The notes under the pieces were generated by a model. That model was not told the DNA's origin and made no database searches. It was given only the letters and a program-made list of their open reading frames with translations. From Azolla caroliniana (taxonomy: Eukaryota; Plantae; Polypodiophyta): DNA of 64,000 nt. Position 1 is the first letter of the stretch. Every line of letters starts with the position of its first letter. Shown in pieces: positions 27,301 through 37,480 of this stretch. Both the position numbers and the translations under genes were made by a program. The stretch is from the NCBI GenBank assembly GCA_043228905.1, contig JBHGNT010000017.1, positions 5,394,001 to 5,458,000 of the forward strand. Reading direction: 5' to 3'.

Positions 27301-29679
27301 GCGTTCATGCAGGTGTTCCTCAATGACTTCGCGGTTTACAGCCGGGAAGGAGATCACCTTCAGCAACTCCGACTGTGTCTAGAAAAGTGTAGGGCTTACC
27401 GGTTAAGCCTGAATCCGGCGAAGTGTGTATTCGGCGTGTCCAACGGAATGCTACTGGGGCACATCATGAGCAAGGAGGGCATCGTCGTGGATCCGGACAA
27501 AGTAAAAGCAATCCTGGAGGCACCGGCACCAAAAACGGCAAAGGCATTGAGCCGTTTCTTAGGCCAAATCTGTTGGCATAGCCAAATGCTCCGGTATTTG
27601 GCGGACCTAGCTACACCACTGCATGTTGTGGTACACCGAACACCGTTCCAGTGGACCGACACTGAGGACAAGGCGTATCGGGCACTCAAAGTTCTATTGT
27701 CGCAAGCGCCGGTAGTGCAACCCCCGGATTGGGCGAAGGAATTTCATGTGTTCGTGGATGCGTCCGACATTGCAATCGGGAGTGCGCTGATGCAACTTAC
27801 GGAGCCAAGATGGTACCGGCCCGTATATTACGCAAGCCGGAAGTTATCCCAAGCCGAACGAAATTATTCCACCACAGAAAGGGAAGCTTTAGACATGATC
27901 TACAGCGTAACAAAATTCAGGCATTATTTATTGGGAAGGAAGTTTTCCTTCCATGTAGATCATTCGGCACTCCTCTACCTAGTGTCCAAAGCGTCACTTA
28001 CCGGTAAGTTGGCCCGGTGGACTTTGCTATTACAGGAATTCGAATTCGAGATATTCCACCGACCCAGCATACAGCATGCGGTAGCAAATTATTTAAGCCG
28101 GTTAGATTCCGGCGAAACTGGCGACGGGGTACCGGACGAATTTCCGGATGCTGAGCTATTTCGAGTCACCGCGGAAACGACAGCAGATGAAACGGTGGCA
28201 CCAGAAGATAAGTGACTAACAAATATGCACCAATTTCTAAGCACCGGATTGCCTCCGGAGGAGATGAACCGGGACGAGAGGAAACGCCTGGCGGTACAAA
28301 GCCGGCACTTTTGTTTATTACAGGACACGCTATACCACAAAGGTGCGGACGGTATATGGCGACGAGTGGTGCGCAGTGACGAGAAAGAGGTAATACTACG
28401 GGAAGCACACTGCGGAGTCGCCGGAGGCCATTATGCCGGGGATGTTACGGCAAGGAAGATATGGCAAAGTGGCCTATGGTGGCCGACTACATTGAAAGAC
28501 GCAGTCCGGTACGCGAAAGAGTGTGATCTATGCCATCGAATGGGCCAGCCAACGAAACAAGCTAGGATGCCGCACTAGCCAGTACTACCGCTAGAACCAT
28601 TTCAGAAATGGGGACTGGATTTTGTCAGACCATTTAAACCACCGGCAATGAGAACTGGCAACCGATATGTGATCGTCGCAACGGACTATTGCACTAAATG
28701 GGTGGAAGCCAAAGCCCTACGAGACAGCACCACGGTGTCGACGGCAAAATTCTTATACGAATACATTTGGTGCCGGTACGGATGCCCCATAGAGCTGATA
28801 AGCGACCAAGGAGGGCACTTTCTTGGACAAGTAGTGGAGAGCTTGACGTCATTCTATGCGGTAGATCATAAACGGAGCACCCCGTACTACCCACAAGCCA
28901 ACGGATTAGTGGAGTCAACAAACAAAACGCTACAGAATATCCTGCGCAAGATCGTCAATGAAAATCGGACAGATTGGGACACGAAGTTGCACAATGCGCT
29001 CTGGGCTTACTAGACAGCGTACAAAACAAGCATCCGAACAACGTCGTTCTGGTTAGCATTCGGATTAGAGGCAGTCATGCCGATCGAATTCCAAGTACCA
29101 AGCTTATGGATTCAGATTCGGGAACGACTCAATGAAAAGGAATCGGAGGCAATTCGGTTAAAGGATCTATGTGAACTAGAAGAACACCGACTGGCGAGCA
29201 TCATGCACCTGGAATTGGAACAACGGCGACGGAAAGCGTTTGTAGATCGGCACCAAAAAGGAAACGAAAAGATGTTCGAAATTGGCAAGCCAGTACTCGT
29301 GTTCTAGACCCGGATGGGTAAAATGCCAGGCAAACTACGGTTTAGATGGACCGGACCGTACTGGATCACACGCGGGTTCAATGGGTCTTACCAGTTAGGG
29401 ACACTTGCCGGCGAAGTGTTGGGTAAATGGGTCAACGGATTTAGACTAAAGCCATACAAAGGACTTATGCCCAAGAACCCATTTAAACAAAGGACCAACA
29501 CCGAATCGGACGCCGGCAGGCCAACCAAGACAGCAACTAGTGAGGAAAACGGCTACCACCAAGCCGGTAAGGAGGAGCACGAGCCGGCAACCAGGGAAAG
29601 CAAAACGATGGAAAACCGTCAGGAGGCCGGCAAGGTGCACGTTTCGGGTAAGGGTCCGACAGGACCGGAGAAAAATTAA
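24390..29679 (+). pseudogene. Element D gag-pol (single frame, few stops)
   Basis: Gag zinc knuckles; PR; RT VDYRKLN..FLDGFSGYNQI..FLNDF; RH FVDASDIAIG..NYSTTERE; INT H..H..C..C, ISDQGGHF, YYPQANG; WTGPY. Confidence 0.92.
24837..25466 (-). mobile_element. Solo LTR G inserted in D gag
   Basis: TGTCGCG..CATGACA ends; 4-bp TSD ACGT; gag HPR|EPEKG is restored on removal; minus-strand TATA at ~25095; tRNA-like module 25288-25395; CCATGG-rich short repeats 25130-25230. Confidence 0.88.
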
Positions 29680-30083
29680 CCACAGAATTAATTTTACAAA
29701 AAAAAAAAAAAAAAAAGCGAATCAAAGAAATCATGGAAAGGAGTGGTGGAAACGGCCATGCAAACGAGGAGTAAAGAGGCACGTCGAAAAGCTACGAGGA
29801 GGCTATGAATAGCACATTAAACCACCGCCACATGGCACGCAATGCTATTATAGTACACGACCTGCACATGCGGAGGCTCGAAAAAGGCGCCAAGATGCAG
29901 AGAGAAAAACCCCCACGCATCGAGACCTTCTCCTTTCGCGAACCAAGGAGAACAGACGCAGACAGACGCGTGAAGATCAATCGCAGAGAGCTCGCGCATA
30001 GAGAACCCCCTCACTCAAAACTTTCTCTCTCACACTCTCCCCACCATCAAACCTTCCCAACGCTCTCCGACCTCGACACAAAG

Positions 30084-32894
30084 ATGGACTACCAAAGACT
30101 GTCTAAAGCCGCCAAGAAATGGTTACGACAACACGGACTAGAGGGTTTCTTGACGATCATGGAGGCGGCGCCACACAAGGAGGCCGAAAAGATTATCAAA
30201 GAAATCGACACAGAGGTGATCACGGAGGAGGCGATCCGTGCGTTAACAGGCCTTCCGGAGGGGGGCATCTACACGATCGACAATCCTACCTCCGAGTAGC
30301 TCATCAAATATTTCGGTGAGTATTCTCTCGCCAACAAAGGCTACAGGACACAGGGCGGCGAAGACATGTTATTCCACGAAATTGCCCGTGTACTCCATGA
30401 GTTCGGCCACGTATACCCTCGACCCCCCGTTATGCCTCAGAACCGAGCAGGCTTGATTATCGCGACGTATGAAGGGGTCAAGGTGGATTGGCCGGTGCTG
30501 ATCGCTGACGGGTTGTGTACGGCTATTGATATCGTAAGAGGAAAGGACGGCAAGGAAGGCCGAAAAATATGGCATGCAGTGACGCAATGGCTCACCCTAT
30601 TGGCGCCACCGGTCGAGCCCATCTAGACCAAGAAGCGGGGAAGAGCAACGGACGGCACCCTGAAACCTGCTTCGAAACGGCAACAGTTGTTGGCCTTCAA
30701 GGCCACGAAGGGGAAGACGGTCGACGCCGAGAAGGCGGCAAAGGAGCACGCCAGCCGAAAGCGGCCGACGGACACACACGAGGAGACACCGGCACGGACC
30801 CTGAAGAGCCCACTCCACCGACCGGTACCGCAAGAAACGGACACCCTCGCGGCAAGAATGAATGTCAGGACTCAGGCGGAGGAAATGGAGGAAGAACCCA
30901 CGGAGCACCTCCAGCGGTGGCCGGTGAAGAGCATTGTTGAATCAGCTGAGAAGCGTTCGGACCCACAGAAGGATGGAACGCCCGCAACCCACACTGAGCA
31001 TCCCACGCCAAGGGAGGCACCGGAACCGGTTCGGATGGAACCGGTCATAAAAGTCCCTACACAACAGGCAACACCGGCAAGCCCCGTAACTCAAGAGCCG
31101 GTTATACAAAGGCCAACCTCCTCAGCCGGCCAAGAACAAGCAGACAAGGGGCGGCTAGCCGAATCACACCCAGAGCCGGAACGGCAAAGTGGTCAGCAGG
31201 CAGAACGAGAAGTGTAGCTCGACGCAGTAAGGCGGGACCAACCACCGGCAAGTGAACCCATCAGCCAACCCGTCGTGCAGACGCAACAATAGTGCACCGG
31301 CAGCCAATGGCTCCGGTGGATAGGAGAACAAATTGTCGGAGTAGTCGGATGCATAGAGGCGGAAGAAAGAGTGCAAACGGAACGGTTGCTCGTCACAACT
31401 GATGAACTGGAGACGTCCCGGTCAAGGATCCGGTGCCTCGAACAAGACTTGGATCGGATTACCGAAGACATGGCCAAAATGGACTTAACCGCAACGCAGA
31501 TCCAAGCACCGGTGACTGCGGTGGATGTACATATGAATAAGACCCCGGAGACAAAAACTGTCCCGGAGAAAGATGCGGCGCAAGCCCAAGAGCTTGCCGA
31601 ATTAAGAGACGAGTTGGCCACACAAGAAGCATTACGGAGCCGCGAACGCGACTTGAAGAAGGCGGCCGAAGAAGAATTAAAGAAGACTGCTGAGAACCTC
31701 CGCCGGGCAGAGGAAAACCTGCGTAAAGGACATCACGCGTACGACCGGCTAAAGGAGGAAAAAGAGAAATTGCTGCAAGAGAAAGACAAGTTGCAACGGA
31801 TGGCGGAGATGGAAATCGAAAGGCTGAAGGAAGAACTCTGTCAACAGAAGGACCGGGAGGACCGAGAGGACCACGCACGCCGGTAGATCAATCAGAGGCT
31901 AAAGCAGAAGACCGATGATTTTAATCATCTGCACCAAGATTACAAGCAACTGGAGACAGAGTATAAGCAACAGCAGGAACGGATGGCCGAGCTCCGGCAA
32001 GAAGTTGATAGGGCCACAACGGCACTCGTCGACGAACGAGCTTAGAGTTCCAAGCTATTGGAGGAAGCGGCGATGGACCGGATGGAGCTCCACAAGTAGA
32101 ACCATGAAGAAAAGGAAAGGGTGACAATGGTGTTACAAAGGTTGCAAACAACCTATCAAAGTCAATTGTCGCATTATAGGGAGCAGGAGGCGAACACAGT
32201 CCGAATCATCAAGCAATTGAAAGAGGAGCGACAAGCCGCAGAGAACAAATCACAGATGGGAACCAAACGGATCCAATGCATCCTCCAGTCATGGCTCACC
32301 AAGACCAAAAGCTTGATTGACGAGAACTCTGTGCGATGGTGGACAAAATGGGCGCAGAATACGTCGGAACTCCAATTGCTCAGGGCGGACGTGGAAAACC
32401 AGCGGAAGGAGGGTGACGACTGTTATACGCTGACGTCGGAGGACTTCACCGCCATAAGGGATGAGTTGGCCGAAGATTTCACAGCCCTAGCGGATGAACA
32501 ATTGGTGCAGGTCCGGCAACTCATAGCTCAACTGGACGACAATCGGCTGGAGGCTCAAATCCAGTTTGAGAGCTATGAGCGGTCCCGGCTTCGGGAAGAA
32601 AAAGCGAGGAAGGTGGCAACAATCAACCTTAGTGATGAGGAACTGTCACCGATACAAGGACCAGACGGGGACCAGGCCGGGGTCAGTCAGCCATAGACAA
32701 CTCCGACGGAGGAACCAACGAAGGAAACGACGGTGCCAGAGCGACAAACGGAGCCGCAGCCCCAAACGGAGAAGGCACAAACGAAGCAGCCAGAGACACA
32801 AACGGAACAGCAGCCACAGCAGCAACAACAGATTCTCGACAAGCCATTGGAAATTATGGAGCAAAGCATTCTGGACATTTTGGACGAAGCGTAA
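30084..32894 (+). pseudogene. Extra 3' ORF of element D (~936 codons): putative plant-transposon-protein N-domain, disordered middle, long coiled coil
   Basis: ORF-track fragments 29805, 30366, 30687, 31371 and 32121 share one frame, broken only by TAG codons; ITEEAIRALTGLP and GVKVDWPVLI motifs; E/K/Q/R-rich heptad region. Confidence 0.8.
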
Positions 32895-33899
32895 CAGTGC
32901 CGGATAATGGGTTCGACATACAAGGTATTGTCCCACGGGCGTGCTATGTGTTACCCGGCCGGCAAGAAGGCTTAAGGAGATCCAAACCAGAGTGTGAAAG
33001 GAACAGTTTATTCGGGAACTGTTGTAATTAGTAGTCTTAATATATATTAATATATGAGAAGATGTGGACGGACGGACCGGAATCGGTATGCCGATTCGGA
33101 TCCGGACCGATCTCGAAAAGGTGCCGGTTGGCACCATTTTGTACTTCGCATTGGAGACCTATATAAAGGCCCGGTTACAATGTAATCGACAGCGGATAAT
33201 TAATAGAACTTATTGCCTTAATCTTTCAGTATTGATTACCGTTTTGTACTCATTGTTATATCTTACGCGTGTTAATGATGTGATGCTAACTAACCGATTA
33301 AGGTCTAATTAAGCGTTGTGTCGTAAGTCATCTTGCCGTAACACCCTTTGGTGAAGTGTCTTAAGTGGACACCCTGTGTTAGGCTGTTGTCCGGCCCTAG
33401 GATTAACAACGTTTCGCATAAGCATTTCGGCCTTATAGGCATCCAAGTAGCTTGTGGTATATCTTCCGTTGAACTGACCCGTTGTGCTGACCACCGTCTC
33501 TATGGCCCGGTCTAGGCTACTGATGCCTTCTCGGGCATTTACCAAGCGGTCCACCACAGCCACCATCGCCTCAGCAAGTTCTCCTCCTCGCATCTTGGAT
33601 CTCCCTTGCCGCCCGCCCTTTCACGTCCGGTTCACCAATTTATGTCACGAAGTTTCGCATGTGTGTGTTACTTGGGCCGGACCACGGGGGTCTTGGACTA
33701 GGGAGTACGAAGGGATAGAGAAGACCCGAGGTTTGCTTTACGACAATGCTACTTCCCGAGCAAGGGCTCATTGCCCCTTTTGTGGGGCCGGTGGTTTTCG
33801 TTGATCACGAACCATCAAGTTTTCGAGATCACCGCACAAGCCAAGTGATCAAATGGGTACAAGCAAAGATGAGCACGCAAGATGAACGCACAAGGGGAC

Positions 33900-34945
33900 G
33901 ATAACACAAACACGAATGCCCGTACGTCTTTATGAGGAGGAGAGGTGCATGGGCACACCCAAATGCTCCCTCGTCACAAGACGCCGAACGTACATGGAAA
34001 GGGACGAGAATACAAACACAAATGCTCGTACGTCTTTATGAGGAGGAGAGGTGCATGGGCACACCCGAACGCTCCCTTGTCACAAGACGTCGAACATACA
34101 AGGAGGACACAAAACACACAGACAAATGCTCGTACGCCTTTATGAGGAGGAGAGGTGCATGGGCAAGCCCAAACGCTCCCTCGTCACAAGATGATTGAAC
34201 GTACAAGGAAGACACAAACACACGCACAAATGCTCATACGTTTTTATGAGGAGAGGTGCATAGGCATGCCCAAAACACTCCCTTCTCACAAGATGGTTGA
34301 ATGTACAAGGAAGACACAAACACACGCACAAAATGCTCGTATGCCTTTATGAGGAGGAGAGGTGCATGGGCATGCCTGAAGCACTCCCTCGTCACAAGAC
34401 AACCGAACATACAAGGAAGACACAAACACACGCACAAATGCTCGTACGCCTTTATGAGGAGGAGAGGTGCATGGGCACACCTAAAACGCTCTCTCATCAC
34501 AAGACAGCCTTGTGACGGTCGAATGTACAAGGAAGACACAAACACACGCACAAAATGCTCGTACTCCTTTATGAGGAGGAGAGGTGCATGGGCACGCCCG
34601 AAACGCTCCCTCGTCACAAGATGACCGAACGTACAAGGAAGACACAAACACACACACACACACAAATGCTCGTACGCCTTTATGAGGAGGAGAGGTGCAT
34701 GGACACGACCGAAACGCTCCCTCGTCACAAGATGGCCAAACGTACAAGGAAGACACAAACACACGCACAAAATGCTCGTATGCCTTTATGAGGAGGAAAG
34801 GTGCATGGGCACGCCCGAAACGCTCCCTTGCCACAAGACAACCGAATGTACGAGGAAGACACAAACACACGCACAAATGCTCGTACGCCTTTATGAGTAG
34901 GAGAGTTGCATGGTCACAAGACGGTCGAACGTACAAGGGGACGAG
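33900..34945. repeat. ~105-bp tandem array (~10 copies) inside element E LTR
   Basis: TTATGAGGAGGAGAGGTGCATGGGCAC..CGCTCCCTCGTCACAAG recurs at about 33930, 34037, 34140, 34244, 34347, 34453, 34569, 34680, 34786, 34891. Confidence 0.93.
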
Positions 34946-35873
34946 AACAAAGAAAGAAAGAAAGAAAAACACGAATGATATTGGCTAAAGAAATAAATAT
35001 GTGTTTGATTCCAATGCAAGAGGGCCCTTTATAAAATAGGGTTTGATTACAATGTGGCAACTTCTAGTTACCCACAACCTCAACCAAACATAAATACTAA
35101 ATGCCCTTAAAGACGAAAGCAAATCCGAACACGGAGCACGAACACGAAGAAGACGAACAAACGAGCACCACAAAAATGCTGACCCCAACGAACCACAACC
35201 ACCCGAACGGCAAGCACACGGGCTCGCAACGATAAACGGGGGCGAAGCAATGTCGAACCAACAAAGCTCGGGCTCACGAGCACTGTAAACGAGCACTTCA
35301 AGTGCCAACGCGAAGAAGATGAGCACATGGCGATGAGGGAATGAAGGGGTATGAGATGAAGAGAAATGGTGAAGATGAAGATGAAGAGCTCCGAAGGAAA
35401 AATGGCGATAGTCTCCTCCTCCCAAAACGTCCTGCCAAATGAGCCTCCCTCGACCTCCTTTTATAGGAAAAAAAGAAGGGGGGTCACCAATTTTGTCTTC
35501 AATGCAAAATGAATAAAATTTCTTAAATCACATTGCATTGTAAGACCAAATTTGAACCCTGCACCTCTAGGTAGAAGTCAATGGAACTCTAGGTAGAAGT
35601 CAATGTGACTATCCACTAGTCCATTAACTCTCTCTTACGTAATATATAATTCTATATCTAGAAATTCATAGCATGTCTCCTCTCTACTTTTTATCTATCC
35701 TCTTTCTTACTTTTTACACGAGTTTCTATACCTCCTTTCCACCCTTTCTTTTCCCTTTTCTTTTGCATGTGCACAATTAATTGCCTTTGTGTGCACAGAC
35801 ATTGCACACGCACATTTTGACCCCCCCTTTCGCTAGTTTTTCCCACACTCGAGCACGCCAGATCATGAAAACA

Positions 35874-36665
35874 GGTTGTAGTACTCGCATTGAAAATCTT
35901 CCAGAGATTTTCCCAGGCCTCCTTCGGCGTTTTTGCATCTTAGATGTAGCCGAGCATCTGGTCATGCACACAGGACATGAGGCAGTAAAACACTCTACTC
36001 GCTCCTTGTTCCCATGCGTCCCATGCTGGGAAGTCCTTGTGTGCCGGATCCAACGCTACCTCGTTCGTTCCTCCCACATAACTCCAATAATTATGCCCCA
36101 CTAGGTACTTATGCATTTTGTACGACCAAGACGCATAGTTGCTCCGATCGACCTTTTCTGTCAGAAGCGAACTTGCCATTCCTCTGTCCATCTTTTGGTT
36201 CTCTTGTGTCCTTCACCGAGTGTTAGGGTTTGTCTTCGAATGCATCTGTCTGTTGTAGAGGAGTGTCAACTCTCGCGCTCTGATACCATGTTAAAGTAAA
36301 CATGCGGAAGCTTATGAGACAAAACCGGTTGTACCGAGTAACAACAGAATATTGAGAAGAAAGGTTTAAGGAGACCTTACGCAGGGGAGAGGTTGAGAGA
36401 GGAGAAAGCTAAAAGTTAATTCAAAATAATAACACTCTGTACATAGAATGTGCTTAGAGAGCACTTTTATACAAGTCCATAGAGGACTAACAGGTACTTC
36501 AATGCTCATACGAGCGACTAACACTGACTCCCAAAAATATGCTTACGTACTAGGCTAGATCCGTAGGCCTCTAACGGCTTACTAGTTTCAATTTGATCCA
36601 GCTCTCTGATCCGGCTCCTAGTTTCGGATACCAATCCGGATCCGGTTGAGCTTGCTCGCTCAACA
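35874..36665 (-). mobile_element. 5' end of family-H copia: LTR 36289-36665, PBS, gag N-terminus
   Basis: LTR starts TGTTGAGCGAGCAAGCTCAACC; PBS TGGTATCAGAGC at ~36277-36288; gag EKVDRSNYASWSYKM..DAKTPKEAWENL. Confidence 0.88.
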
Positions 36666-37480
36666 CTTCATAATATATGGCTCTTTAAAAATAATAAAGA
36701 TAGAAGCTGAGTCATAAACAAAAAAGTGTTACTCCATTTCCACATCTTCAATCTTCACTCATATATTCGAGCATGCCCCATAACACTCATATGATAGAAT
36801 TTAACATGGTTTGTATTGAAGTGTTATCATCCTTTCTGATAGAATTTTGTGACCATGAGATTAATTTCAAAGCCCTAACCTATTAACACCAAATCTATGT
36901 TGTTACTTGTGCCCATTGTGATTTCATTTAGTGGTTGTCCATACAATCCTCATCAACTTTGATCCTTCCATCAATATAGCACTTGTTGACAAATTTGTGG
37001 GCTCATCCTATAATTTCCATGGGAATGACTTTTCCTCTTCATAAGGTCAATGACAATGTCATCATTTGGCTATCTCAAGAACCTCACATAGTGTGAGTTT
37101 TATGTGGTTATCTATTACTATTTCCTCCATTCCCCATCTATATTTGAAAGAATCTGGATGTTTGTCCAATTTTCTTTCTACCTTTCCATATGGCCTCCAT
37201 GCCATAGTATCCTCCTTTCCCTAAGCTTCTCAATGTCATGCTTTTTTTTATGGTTCTGCTTGTTTTTCCATCTCTTTTTGTTCTCCTCAACTAAAACCTC
37301 GTATCTCCTAGCACGAGACTCGTCTTCACTTCAATCGGGCCCTCTCATCTTGTCATCATTTTCCACCTTCCTTTCTCTGAACCTTAATAGATTCATCTAT
37401 CTCTCTAAAGCTTCCCCTTCTCAAAACTTCTTGCCATAGTTAGCCAAAACGCATTTTCACAAGAATCTAGGAATATAACC
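36666..37480 (-). pseudogene. Old degenerate Ylt1/Phygy-like gag-protease remnant
   Basis: Manual minus-strand translation gives FWLTMARSFEKGKL, YEVLVEENKKR, IKLTLCEVLEIAK, FEINLM, GACSNI*VKIEDVEME*HFFV, colinear with element C. Confidence 0.72.

Larger units (their letters stand above)
23031..33408 (+). mobile_element. Athila/Tat-related (non-chromovirus) gypsy D with extra 3' ORF
   Basis: LTRs 23031-23350 (interrupted) and 32949-33408; exact 5-bp TSD ACGTT (23026-23030 and 33409-33413). Confidence 0.94.
21690..35873 (-). mobile_element. tRNA-Trp-primed gypsy E: long 5' LTR (33643-~35873), PBS, gag split by element D
   Basis: PBS TCACGTCCGGTTCACCA on + at 33621-33637; gag GQFNGRYTTSYLDAY (33593-33414) continues at 23030-21696 (TGWNDPVE..YEVMVEEKK); minus-strand TATA at ~35460; right end approximate. 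Confidence 0.82.

Noticed and set aside
33900-34945. Hammerhead ribozyme (retrozyme) or CRISPR array
   Set aside because: TTATGAG..GAAAC and GTGACGAG only approximate CUGANGA/GAAA, with core mismatches; whole units repeat with no unique spacers; no cas genes; eukaryotic context
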